IMG/VR virus record: IMGVR_UViG_3300023184_000024
Coordinates: 1-64,000 of that record
DNA length: 64,000 bases
Reading direction: 5' to 3' (one strand)
Shown here: piece by piece, positions 1 through 8,325 of the stretch
Position numbering within the stretch: position 1 is the first letter of the stretch
How the letters are laid out: the number at the start of each line of letters is the position of its first letter
Notes under the pieces: generated by a model
The model's database searches: none
The model's input: the letters and a program-made list of their open reading frames with translations, nothing else
Told to the model about the DNA's origin: nothing
Translations under genes and position numbers: made by a program

Positions 1-207
1 GACTTCACAGACATATCTGATCTTGATTTAACTAATCCAGACAACATTGCACCATTTCTACTGGTGTTATCTCAGCAAAATACCAGCTACTATTACCAAA
101 AGTATCTTGCTCTCAGCGAAAAAATTATGTATAATAAGCAACACTTTGACACTTATGTACAAAGACAATATCAAAAAATTCAACAAGGAATACAATGCCA
201 AATTTAG
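1..207 (+). CDS. 3' end of a gene entering the window (possibly a glycosyltransferase-like C-terminus)
   Basis: Frame 1 is open from base 1 to TAG 205-207 (DFTDISDLD...[10 protein letters not shown]...). The tail resembles the end of 7143..8294. Confidence 0.5.
   Translation, partial: DFTDISDLDLTNPDNIAPFLLVLSQQNTSYYYQKYLALSEKIMYNKQHFDTYVQRQYQKIQQGIQCQI
107..135 (+). promoter_or_regulatory. sigma70-type promoter for clpP
   Basis: TTGCTC(107-112)-17 nt-TATAAT(130-135) with TG extension. Confidence 0.5.
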
Positions 208-788
208 TACCTATTGTGCTTGAACAAACAAGCAAGGGAGAACGTAGCTATGATATCTACAGTCGACTGCTTCGAGACCGTATCATTATGCTAGACACCG
301 AAGTCAGTGAGCATAGTGCCAGCTTGATTGTGGCACAGATGTTGTTTTTAGAAAGTGACGATCCTGACAAAGACATTAGTTTTTACATCAACAGTCCTGG
401 CGGCAGTGTCACTGCTGGCATGGCCATCTATGACACCATGCAGTTTATCAAGTGTGATGTGCACACCATTGTGATGGGACAGGCCTGTAGCATGGGCAGT
501 TTGTTGGCCACAGCAGGTGCGCCAGGCAAACGCTACATCTTGCCCTATGCACGACACATGATTCATCAGCCTAGTGGTGGTGCTCGTGGACAAGCCACAG
601 ATATTCAGATCCAAGCTAGAGAAATTCAAAAGATGAAACAGTACCTAACTGAAATCTATGTGCGACACAATTCTGCTGGCAAAACCTATGATGAGTTTGC
701 CGCAGACATGGAACGTGACTTCTTTATGAGTGCACAAGAAGCAGTGGATTACGGTCTAGCAGATAAAATAATCACCAAGCGTGATTAA
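195..788 (+). CDS. clpP: ATP-dependent Clp protease proteolytic subunit
   Basis: [24 protein letters not shown] (Ser), MIHQP (His), RDFFM (Asp). Confidence 0.97.
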   Translation: MPNLVPIVLEQTSKGERSYDIYSRLLRDRIIMLDTEVSEHSASLIVAQMLFLESDDPDKDISFYINSPGGSVTAGMAIYDTMQFIKCDVHTIVMGQACSMGSLLATAGAPGKRYILPYARHMIHQPSGGARGQATDIQIQAREIQKMKQYLTEIYVRHNSAGKTYDEFAADMERDFFMSAQEAVDYGLADKIITKRD

Positions 789-882
789 ATCCAACCTGTA
801 AACTCGCTGTCAAGGTCAATGGGATGTACTTCCCAACCTTGATTTTTCCAGCGCAACAACATTATTAATGTGTTTAGAAATG

Positions 883-966
883 TCATTTAAAAAACTCCTG
901 CGCCATGTATATAAGAATTATTATTCCAAATATTATAATCTGAATTGCTACTAATTCTATATCCAT
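883..966 (-). CDS. small membrane peptide (27 aa)
   Basis: ATG 966, MDIELVAIQIIIFGIIILIYMAQEFFK; directly follows the stop of 969..1073. Confidence 0.45.
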   Translation of the reverse strand: MDIELVAIQIIIFGIIILIYMAQEFFK

Positions 967-968
967 GA

Positions 969-1073
969 TCACTTCCAATAATGGTATTTGCTGGCAGAGC
1001 TTTGTCGATATTCGTGGATCATTTCGGCCCAATTGATTAGACCTTGGTATATTGTGTTTAAAACATTTTTCAT
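969..1073 (-). CDS. small hypothetical protein (34 aa)
   Basis: MKNVLNTIYQGLINWAEMIHEYRQ...; ATGA overlap with 1070..1234. Confidence 0.55.
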   Translation of the reverse strand: MKNVLNTIYQGLINWAEMIHEYRQSSASKYHYWK

Positions 1074-1234
1074 AGATAACTCCCTCGACGGTCAAACTCT
1101 TTGATCCAGTGTTCTACTTCACCGATGTCTTTGATATTTTTACTTGTAAGATAAGCGTCTAATTTACTTTGATAGTTCTGTTGTGGGAACATTTCAGCCA
1201 GACGCTCGATTAGTTTTGCTATTGTTGCTGTCAT
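1070..1234 (-). CDS. small protein, DUF3563-like (54 aa)
   Basis: MTATIAKLIERLAEMFPQQNYQSKLDAYLTSKNIKDIGEVEHWIKEFDRR; AAGGA RBS; TAAATA upstream at 1277-1282. Below the ORF-track cutoff. Confidence 0.65.
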   Translation of the reverse strand: MTATIAKLIERLAEMFPQQNYQSKLDAYLTSKNIKDIGEVEHWIKEFDRRGSYL

Positions 1235-1256
1235 TTCGCTTCCTTTAATGTGAGAA

Positions 1257-1317
1257 ACTCATGGTTTCTACTGAGTTATTTATGTTGCATTGCAATAACA
1301 CTCATGGTTTCTACTGA
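1257..1317. repeat. 18-bp perfect direct repeat ACTCATGGTTTCTACTGA x2
   Basis: Copies at 1257-1274 and 1300-1317. Confidence 0.9.
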
Positions 1318-1358
1318 TTGTTGCACAAAAACAACACCAAAAACCCCCCAAATTTTGG

Positions 1359-1411
1359 TTGACCGGAAATACCCAATTTGCTATAATACTTGTATAGTAA
1401 TTAAAAAGGAG
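1359..1411 (+). promoter_or_regulatory. early promoter/RBS cassette 1
   Basis: TTGACC(1359)-17-TATAAT(1382)-ACTTGTATAGTAATTAAAAAGGAG. Confidence 0.9.
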
Positions 1412-1417
1412 CCCGAG

Positions 1418-1690
1418 ATGACAGCAACAGAATCAATTCGTGCCGCAGTTGGCCGCAATATTCAGCGCGATCGTGAGATTGCCATGTACGGTTTAACAGA
1501 AGCTGATTTACGTGCCAGTGTCGAACGTAGCATTACATTCAAGACTTCAGGCCCAGCAATGGTTGCCGCCAGCTGGATGAGTGACTCACAAGAAGAGATT
1601 GCACACGGCATGAGCGAATCAGCTCGCAAGACCTTGAACCGTGCAAAATGGGTGCTTTTTGAGTACATCATGGACCGTGAAAACGGTTGA
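1418..1690 (+). CDS. early hypothetical protein
   Basis: True start ATG 1418 after AGGAG (MTATESIRAA...). Confidence 0.8.
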   Translation: MTATESIRAAVGRNIQRDREIAMYGLTEADLRASVERSITFKTSGPAMVAASWMSDSQEEIAHGMSESARKTLNRAKWVLFEYIMDRENG

Positions 1691-1738
1691 CCAGAAATTC
1701 CCGATTTGTTATAATACTTGTATAGTAATTAAAAGGAG
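1687..1738 (+). promoter_or_regulatory. early promoter/RBS cassette 2
   Basis: TTGACC(1687, contains the upstream TGA stop)-17-TATAAT(1710)-ACTTGTATAGTAATTAAAAGGAG. Confidence 0.9.
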
Positions 1739-1744
1739 CAGACA

Positions 1745-2098
1745 ATGACAGTAGTCGCAACACACATCACAGAACAACTGGTTCAAGACGCTTGCAATGA
1801 AGCAGGCATTCAGGCCCGTACAGCCGCCAAGGCATTTTATGCAAAACACGGTGATTGCGATGCCTGCGGCTTTGCATGGGTCAATGTCTGGGGTGTTCGC
1901 TCCAACAGCAAAGTAGGCAAGTGGCTACAGGCCGCAGGCTTCCGCAAAGACTACACCGGTGCATTGAGCCTGTGGAACCCCAGCGGTTACCCCACGCAAA
2001 GCATCAGCATCCTGGAAGCAGGTGCCGAAGCCTATGCCCAAGTGCTCAAAGACAAATTGGGACTGGATCGTGTTTACGCCGGCTCACGATTAGATTGA
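1745..2098 (+). CDS. early hypothetical phage protein
   Basis: CGFAWV...AYA.VL...SRLD; RBS AGGAG. Confidence 0.85.
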   Translation: MTVVATHITEQLVQDACNEAGIQARTAAKAFYAKHGDCDACGFAWVNVWGVRSNSKVGKWLQAAGFRKDYTGALSLWNPSGYPTQSISILEAGAEAYAQVLKDKLGLDRVYAGSRLD

Positions 2099-2152
2099 TT
2101 GACCGATAATTCCCATTCTGCTATAATATACACATATTAACACTAAAAGGAG
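2099..2152 (+). promoter_or_regulatory. early promoter/RBS cassette 3
   Basis: TTGACC(2099)-17-TATAAT(2122)...AAAAGGAG. Confidence 0.9.
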
Positions 2153-2158
2153 CGAGAA

Positions 2159-2542
2159 ATGACTAAAGTAAACTATGACGACTTTGCTAGTTTTGACATT
2201 AACGAGTGCTGTGACCACTTTGACAGTGAGAAGCAGAGCAACTGGAAGAAGATAAACAAGTTCATCGTGGCAGATGGACAAGAGTACGCCCACATTATGG
2301 AAACAAAGTTTGACTTTGATGAAACGGGTGCAAACGAGTACGAGGCCTTCCAAGCAGGCGTCAAGTATGCCCTTACCAAAATGAACATTGCGTTTGAAGC
2401 GGCCGCAGTAGACCTGCAGGTATGCGAGGTGGACTTGGTAGAGAGCATGGGCTTTGTGCTGGTACGTGCAGATGACGAGCCCGAGGACTTTGTAAAACGG
2501 GTTATGAAGAAGCCCGTGATGATGGTTGACAGCTGGGTCTAA
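2159..2542 (+). CDS. early acidic hypothetical protein
   Basis: ORF with RBS; D/E-rich. Confidence 0.8.
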   Translation: MTKVNYDDFASFDINECCDHFDSEKQSNWKKINKFIVADGQEYAHIMETKFDFDETGANEYEAFQAGVKYALTKMNIAFEAAAVDLQVCEVDLVESMGFVLVRADDEPEDFVKRVMKKPVMMVDSWV

Positions 2543-2548
2543 TTTTGG

Positions 2549-2600
2549 TTGACCGGTATTTCTCAATTTGCTATAATACTTGTACTGTAATTAAAAGGAG
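2549..2600 (+). promoter_or_regulatory. early promoter/RBS cassette 4
   Basis: TTGACC(2549)-17-TATAAT(2572)-ACTTGTACTGTAATTAAAAGGAG. Confidence 0.9.
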
Positions 2601-2606
2601 CCTAAG

Positions 2607-2879
2607 ATGACCGTTAATGAAATCAACCGTGCCATTATAACTGGCAATCTCAATAACACCGAATTGTCCAGCATTATTGATGCTGTGAAGTTTGCTCGAG
2701 CTCAATTAACTAAACAGAAAACTCGTACCTTCCAACTTGGGGACAGAGTAAAGTTTACCAGCAACCGCAATGGGTTGACCTATGTTGGTGATATTCAAAA
2801 GGTTAAAATTAAATTTGTACTGGTCAAAACCCCTGGCGGCCTGTTCAATGTACCAGCCAACATGCTGGAGGCGGCATGA
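2607..2879 (+). CDS. early protein with SH3/KOW-like C-terminus
   Basis: FQLGDRVKF...G.IQKV..KFVLV...VPANML. Confidence 0.75.
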   Translation: MTVNEINRAIITGNLNNTELSSIIDAVKFARAQLTKQKTRTFQLGDRVKFTSNRNGLTYVGDIQKVKIKFVLVKTPGGLFNVPANMLEAA

Positions 2880-3046
2880 CATTCAAGCCGTTTCGTACTT
2901 GGCTAGCCGATGTATGGCGAGACAACTGTGAAGAAAACGACGGGTGGGGTCAACCTAGAATGACCATGAAAGAATATTTTGCACAATACAAATGGTGGCT
3001 CAAACGTGAGTACCAATATCAAAAAGGAAAAGGACGTGAATATTAA
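2876..3046 (+). CDS. small Trp-rich hypothetical protein (56 aa)
   Basis: ATGA-coupled; MTFKPFRTWLADVWRDNCEE...YFAQYKWWLKREY. Confidence 0.7.
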   Translation: MTFKPFRTWLADVWRDNCEENDGWGQPRMTMKEYFAQYKWWLKREYQYQKGKGREY

Positions 3047-3047
3047 C

Positions 3048-3287
3048 ATGCCATCACAAAGACAAATAGATGATGCACTACAATGGTCAGGTGCTGTGGC
3101 CATCATTGCAGGACATGTGCTCAATGCTGTAGGTCCCGGTGTGTACCCTTACAACATTCTGGCCTTTGCTGTGGGTACCATACTGTTTCTTGCCTGGGCC
3201 ATACGTGTGAGCAACAAACCCCAGATGTTGGTCAATGTTGTGGCATTGGTCATTGGACTTGTGGGTCTGGTTACCGCGTTTTTATAA
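3048..3287 (+). CDS. small membrane protein
   Basis: Three hydrophobic segments; start ATG 3048. Confidence 0.7.
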   Translation: MPSQRQIDDALQWSGAVAIIAGHVLNAVGPGVYPYNILAFAVGTILFLAWAIRVSNKPQMLVNVVALVIGLVGLVTAFL

Positions 3288-3288
3288 T

Positions 3289-3636
3289 ATGAAAGTCTTT
3301 CAAGAAACCACTGCTTGGGAGACCAATACTCCCAACCACATCTACTTTCTCGATGACAGCAAGAGCAAGATGTATGCCTACATCAAGTTTGGCGAAGGTA
3401 CACCATTTCGTTTTAAAAATCCTATTCGAATTGATGTTCGGGGACGCAAATTCCTTGAAGTGCCAAATCAATGGGGTTTTACAATGGATGACCAACCACT
3501 TGGTCAAACATGGAAGATTACTGGGTCCAAAGGCGATGTTTACACAGTCACTGATGAATCAGGAACACTAACTTGCAGTTGTTCGGGATTCAAGTTCCGT
3601 GGCGCATGTAAACACACTAGCCAGGTCAACTGTTAA
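3289..3636 (+). CDS. SWIM zinc-finger protein
   Basis: GSKGDVYTV...CSCSGFKFRGACKH. Confidence 0.8.
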   Translation: MKVFQETTAWETNTPNHIYFLDDSKSKMYAYIKFGEGTPFRFKNPIRIDVRGRKFLEVPNQWGFTMDDQPLGQTWKITGSKGDVYTVTDESGTLTCSCSGFKFRGACKHTSQVNC

Positions 3637-3656
3637 TATTTGATTTTGATGTCACA

Positions 3657-3681
3657 AAAAAGCCACCCTAGGGTGGCTTTT
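3657..3681. terminator. bidirectional intrinsic terminator
   Basis: AAAAGCCACCC-TA-GGGTGGCTTTT between convergent genes. Confidence 0.85.
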
Positions 3682-3866
3682 ATGTTTGCTTATGAATTTG
3701 TTGGTATTTCATAAGAGCTAGATTCCTAGCTAACCATAATCTAAATTTTGCATGGTCTGATGGTTCAAAGTCTTCATGGACTATTTTACCAAACTCTACG
3801 CTACGTCGATTACGACCAAATGTGACCTCATCGTCGATGACAAGGTCACTGTCTTCAACACCGTAA

Positions 3867-4085
3867 TTATTTTGCGACTTTGGCGTCTGCTTTAGATGCG
3901 TCTTTCTTAGCAGGATCACTTTTGGCAGGCGTTGCTGTCGCTGGAGCGATAGGGGCCGGAGCGGCAGCGGCAGGTGCTGTGACAGCAGGTTTGGCATCAG
4001 CTTTCTTTTCTTCTTTCTTGGCAGGTTCTGCGGCGAAAGCGGTAACAGCAAATGCAGTGGCAATGATAGCAATAGTTGATTTCAT
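3867..4085 (-). CDS. secreted Ala/Lys/Pro-rich small protein (Asr-like composition)
   Basis: Signal peptide MKSTIAIIATAFAVTAFA; AAGGA RBS. Confidence 0.75.
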   Translation of the reverse strand: MKSTIAIIATAFAVTAFAAEPAKKEEKKADAKPAVTAPAAAAPAPIAPATATPAKSDPAKKDASKADAKVAK

Positions 4086-4299
4086 GATAAGTTTCCTTTG
4101 GTTAATGTAGGAATGTTTACTCCTACACATATATAACGCCTTGGATTGCGATTTAGTTGACAACATTTGGGCATTTTTCCAAACAATTACTTTTAGGCAA
4201 CATGCATTGCCAAAAAGCATTGATTTTTTAACAGTTTGTGTTATACTAGTATCACGTTGCAATTTTATTGTAACGAAATTTTATTTTAAAGGAAATGTT

Positions 4300-4569
4300 A
4301 TGAAATTTATTAATCCAGAAACCAAAACATACAAGATCTTTTCTGCATTGCAGAAAGGCGAAACATTGACAGCTAGCCAAGCTGAAAAGCGTTTTGGAGT
4401 TAAAAACCTAAGCGCAGAAGCTAGCCGTATTCGCCAGCATGGTTTTGCTGTGTATGCAAACACACGCAAGGCCGGCAATGGTGTAACAGTCACCGAGTAC
4501 GTTTTGGGCAAACCTAGCCGTAAGGTTGTTGCCGCCGGTTACAAAGCATTGGCTTTGGGTTTGGTTTAA
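4300..4569 (+). CDS. winged helix-turn-helix protein
   Basis: LTASQAEKRFGVKNLSAEASRIRQHG; extended -10 TGTTATACT at 4239-4247. Confidence 0.75.
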   Translation: MKFINPETKTYKIFSALQKGETLTASQAEKRFGVKNLSAEASRIRQHGFAVYANTRKAGNGVTVTEYVLGKPSRKVVAAGYKALALGLV

Positions 4570-4602
4570 AAATTCGCTGAACTGTTCAAACAGTTCACAC
4601 CA

Positions 4603-4629
4603 AATAAAGCCACCCACGGTGGCTTTATT
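4603..4629 (+). terminator. intrinsic terminator
   Basis: AATAAAGCCACC-CAC-GGTGGCTTTATT, preceded by a second hairpin at 4578-4597. Confidence 0.8.
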
Positions 4630-4655
4630 CTTTTGTATTGTGGAAATTTATACGT

Positions 4656-4661
4656 TAAATA
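4656..4661 (+). promoter_or_regulatory. T4-late-like promoter TAAATA (representative copy)
   Basis: The same motif precedes genes at 21765, 22326, 23354, 28616, 37196, 42631, 45111, 53070, 58416, 61433 and 63399 (+), and 1277, 41707, 42518, 45176 and 52160 (-). Confidence 0.75.
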
Positions 4662-4666
4662 TCTAA

Positions 4667-5305
4667 ATGATACATGCACAGCACATACACAATGTTTTTG
4701 ATTTAGATGAAGTTGATCGTATTAAAAAACTCTTGTCCTTGGTTCCTGCACAAGACCATATTAAAAATAGGTCAATTGTGACCAACGGGTTTACATCCAA
4801 GGATCCGATTTACCTAGCTATAAAAAAACTTGTAATTGACCGCATCAATACAGTGTGTGAACACAAGGTATCGAACCTAACAGTTGGCATGCACTTGATA
4901 ACAAGAGACCCATTTGGTATACACAGCGATGCGCCAGGCAAGGGCGACAATGGTAGTGGGATTGCCTATTTGGTTCCGTTAGAAATGGTTCGCAACGACA
5001 GTGCCAAACCAACGTCAAGTACCATCATTTTTGATCAAGTCTGGACAGACACCACATCAATAGAAGATTACATTGCCAGTGGCCCTGAAAAAGTTGCTAG
5101 TCCGGCAACACATGTTTGGCCCATGCTGTCCGAAAAGTGCGATCCTGCTTGGGCGCCCTACCTCAGCGTCAAGCTTGTGGCCGAGTGGCAAATTGGTTCC
5201 GTTATAGTCTGGGATCGAAGGTTGTTGCATGCCAGTGATGATTTTTTGGCTGCAGGATTAATTGAAAAATCAGCCTTGGTTCTCTTTACTAATTCGCAGT
5301 CATGA
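4667..5305 (+). CDS. 2OG-Fe(II) oxygenase-like protein
   Basis: HSD (HxD) ... VWDRRLLHAS. Confidence 0.65.
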   Translation: MIHAQHIHNVFDLDEVDRIKKLLSLVPAQDHIKNRSIVTNGFTSKDPIYLAIKKLVIDRINTVCEHKVSNLTVGMHLITRDPFGIHSDAPGKGDNGSGIAYLVPLEMVRNDSAKPTSSTIIFDQVWTDTTSIEDYIASGPEKVASPATHVWPMLSEKCDPAWAPYLSVKLVAEWQIGSVIVWDRRLLHASDDFLAAGLIEKSALVLFTNSQS

Positions 5306-6738
5306 TAACAGCAGTGATTGCGTCGGTTCCTTGGACTGACACTGACTCCCCATTGATGGCGCCAGGTGTGTTAAAAAGCGCACTGACTCAGCATGGAATA
5401 AAATCAGTGGCCATTGATTTAAATGCAGAAATACGTCAATACATTTTGACCCACCCAAAGAAAGATGACTTGTTGCAGTTTATATTGACCGAACAAGTCA
5501 CTGCCGGATGTGAGCAAGATGTACACGACCTGATAAACATGATGGTTGATCGTATACTAGCATTTAATCCAGAATGGGCAATATTGAGTCTGTTGACCTA
5601 CATAAGTCAGATACCAAACAAATGGTTGTGCTTCCAACTACGGCAGAGAAATCCAAACATTAAAATTATCATTGGCGGCCCTGGGTGTTTCAGTAGTTTA
5701 AAAAGCATTGATTCGTACGCAGTGAATTTAAAATCTCAAGGGTTGGTTGACCATTTTGTAGCCGGTGATGGTGAAGTGGCCCTGCCTATGCTGTTAAAGG
5801 GCGAAACCGGTCCGGGGATCAACAATGTTGATTGGCAACAGCTAGATAACATAGATATTTTGCCAAGTCCAGACTACGATGACTACGATTGGTCACTGTA
5901 TCGATTAAAAAAAGTCAACATCCTAGGTAGTCGTGGCTGTGTCAGAGAATGTACTTTTTGTGACATACACGAACATTGGCCAAAATTTCAATGGAGGTCA
6001 GGTGCAAATATCTTTGAAGAAATGAAGCATCAAAGAGAAAAGTACGGTATTAATTATTTTTCATTTGCTGACAGTTTGGTCAATGGCAACCAGCGTGAGT
6101 ACCGGGACCTCATACAACGACTAGCTGATTACAACCAAGCCAAGACTGATCCTGATGATAAAATCAACTGGACCGGTGCATTCATTGTACGCCCGGCCGA
6201 TCAGATGAAAGAACGCGACTGGGAATTGACTGCTGCCAGTGGTGCAGTCATGTTGTCCGTGGGAGTAGAGAGTTTTGTAGAGCACATACGATACCATATT
6301 AAAAAGAAATTCAGCAATGCTGACCTTGACTATGCTTTACAAATGGCACAGAAGCACACGGTGTCCATGCAGTTGTTGATGATTGTTGGGTACGTAACTG
6401 AAACTCAAGAAGATCACGAACAGCAAAAACAATGGGTCACTGATAACCAGCATTATATAAACTCACCCATCAAGCTTATTCAAATTGGCAGTGGACTGGG
6501 CATACTTCCCGGCACCTGGCTACAACGCAATCAAGAAAGCTTGGGTATAAAAATTGGCAGTGCTGATGTGTATCAAGATTGGGTTAGAGAATCAATTGGC
6601 AGCACTCCGTTGGTTCGCATGCAATGGCACAAAGAGATGAAGCAACACATGGAACAAACAGGGTTTACTGTGGCCTACCTCAAAGATAACCATGTGTTGA
6701 TTGAAAATTATCTACGGGATCGTTATGCCAAAACTTAG
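5302..6738 (+). CDS. B12-binding (class B) radical SAM enzyme
   Basis: IIIGGP, GDGE, SRGCVRECTFC (CxxxCxxC), GVES. Confidence 0.9.
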   Translation: MITAVIASVPWTDTDSPLMAPGVLKSALTQHGIKSVAIDLNAEIRQYILTHPKKDDLLQFILTEQVTAGCEQDVHDLINMMVDRILAFNPEWAILSLLTYISQIPNKWLCFQLRQRNPNIKIIIGGPGCFSSLKSIDSYAVNLKSQGLVDHFVAGDGEVALPMLLKGETGPGINNVDWQQLDNIDILPSPDYDDYDWSLYRLKKVNILGSRGCVRECTFCDIHEHWPKFQWRSGANIFEEMKHQREKYGINYFSFADSLVNGNQREYRDLIQRLADYNQAKTDPDDKINWTGAFIVRPADQMKERDWELTAASGAVMLSVGVESFVEHIRYHIKKKFSNADLDYALQMAQKHTVSMQLLMIVGYVTETQEDHEQQKQWVTDNQHYINSPIKLIQIGSGLGILPGTWLQRNQESLGIKIGSADVYQDWVRESIGSTPLVRMQWHKEMKQHMEQTGFTVAYLKDNHVLIENYLRDRYAKT

Positions 6739-7153
6739 TATGAACTTATCTGTGGGGCATTGTCGTGGTACGAGTATGAGTCTTTGTGTCACAGTCAACG
6801 GTGAAGAAATTTACAAAGCTGACAGCATTGATGAGCCAACAATCATAATTGAGCATAGTGCAATACTACCATTGAGCTTGATTTTTGATGTTGGCAACAA
6901 AAGCGACTCAGACACTGTGATTGACAGCAATGGTAAAATACTAGAAGACAAGTTTATACAAGTAGATCGCTTGCTGTTGGACGGGCTAGATATAAAACCT
7001 TGGGTGTTACAAAGCCGAGTGTTTGAGTTTAACTCAAACAACGGCATGACCAAAACCAATTGCTTTGCTTACAATGGACAAGCCTCTATGAATGTTGAGC
7101 AAACTGATTTATTAAAATACTTTTTAGAATTGATGGTGAAAAATGATTACTAA
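6725..7153 (+). CDS. beta-rich hypothetical protein (paralog of 61980..62414)
   Basis: NKSDSDTVIDSNGKILEDK...YNG. Confidence 0.7.
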   Translation: MPKLSMNLSVGHCRGTSMSLCVTVNGEEIYKADSIDEPTIIIEHSAILPLSLIFDVGNKSDSDTVIDSNGKILEDKFIQVDRLLLDGLDIKPWVLQSRVFEFNSNNGMTKTNCFAYNGQASMNVEQTDLLKYFLELMVKNDY

Positions 7154-8294
7154 TTTTCGCGACGTAGTCGCTTATAAAAAATATGGGCGGCAGCCCAAAG
7201 ATTACCACATTGCTGGTATTATTAGAACCCAACTGATCTACGCAGTCAGAGATGCCCCGGTACAACAGCCCAAAGGCCCATACGTTGAACAAGCACTGGA
7301 ATTGATGTTTGGAAACATTGATTGGACAAACACATTTCACACACCCCACACCATAGTGATTGAAGAAACTGCTACCTCAGAACACTTGATGGGCATGCAC
7401 AATTGGATTCGCCGAAAATGCGCAAACATTGAAAACGTCACTGTGGTGATCACTGGAAATACCGGAGTGTGCGATTGGTGGAAGTCTTGGTGCACAGTTT
7501 TTAGAGAAAAATCTTTTAGAGTCATTGAATGGCCATTTCCTTACCGTACTTGGAATATCGATCGAGGGTTTGCACCGTCAGAAATACCCCCAACAATTGG
7601 GCCAAAAAATTTACAATATGTGTTTAGCTGTTATGGCGGAAGTTATTCCATCATTGACCGTTGTTATCTAATATTGAAACTTTGTAAGTTCTATAAATCT
7701 TCGGTGATTGATTATCTAGGAAAGTTTTGTACCAAACAAGAACTGTTAGACTATGTGGAATGGAAAAGTTATTACAGCAATCAAAATGAAATTGACGCCA
7801 TAGATAATCTATACGACCAATACATTGTCAATCAAGAGTATGCTAAACCATCATTGCCCAACTTGACTATTGTCAAATCTAAGGTCAACGAAGCCATCAA
7901 TTGGGACGGATTTCAGTGGGCAGTTGACCAAAAATGCTTTGCCGCCGTGGTCAGAGAAACCATCAACGATGATGTATTCCCCACTGTGTCAGAAAAAACC
8001 ACACGTAGTTTCTTGCATTTTTGCACAGTATTACCAACCGGATACAACGCAGTCAAAGATTTAGAAACTTTGGGATTTTGGTTCCCACACGACTTGATTG
8101 ACTACAGTTATCAATCACATGCTAGTTACATTGACCGAATAAACGGACTTTGCAAAAATTTAGAAAAGTTGCAAGCCCTTTTGGAGACAGGCGAATTACA
8201 GGACTACTACAACGATAATTTTGAAAAATATCAACACAATGCACTATTGGTTTTGGACATGTATCAGGACGCCGAACAGCAACTAAACACTTGA
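7143..8294 (+). CDS. putative glycosyltransferase-like protein
   Basis: C-terminal VRET...VSEKT...LETLGF...IDYSY pattern. Confidence 0.5.
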   Translation: MITNFRDVVAYKKYGRQPKDYHIAGIIRTQLIYAVRDAPVQQPKGPYVEQALELMFGNIDWTNTFHTPHTIVIEETATSEHLMGMHNWIRRKCANIENVTVVITGNTGVCDWWKSWCTVFREKSFRVIEWPFPYRTWNIDRGFAPSEIPPTIGPKNLQYVFSCYGGSYSIIDRCYLILKLCKFYKSSVIDYLGKFCTKQELLDYVEWKSYYSNQNEIDAIDNLYDQYIVNQEYAKPSLPNLTIVKSKVNEAINWDGFQWAVDQKCFAAVVRETINDDVFPTVSEKTTRSFLHFCTVLPTGYNAVKDLETLGFWFPHDLIDYSYQSHASYIDRINGLCKNLEKLQALLETGELQDYYNDNFEKYQHNALLVLDMYQDAEQQLNT

Positions 8295-8320
8295 CCGTTA
8301 AATAGCAGGTGTGTTATAAT
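8291..8320 (+). promoter_or_regulatory. early promoter
   Basis: TTGACC (overlaps TGA)-18-TATAAT, 5 nt before ATG. Confidence 0.7.
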
Positions 8321-8325
8321 GAGAT

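Noticed and set aside
1257-1336. Mini CRISPR array
   Set aside because: Only two 18-bp repeats with a 25-nt gap; no cas genes
1250-1417. N-terminal extension of ORF 1250..1690
   Set aside because: It spans the promoter; the RBS supports a start at 1418
1351-2606. Integron attC array
   Set aside because: The repeats are promoter/RBS sequences, not palindromic attC sites; no integrase
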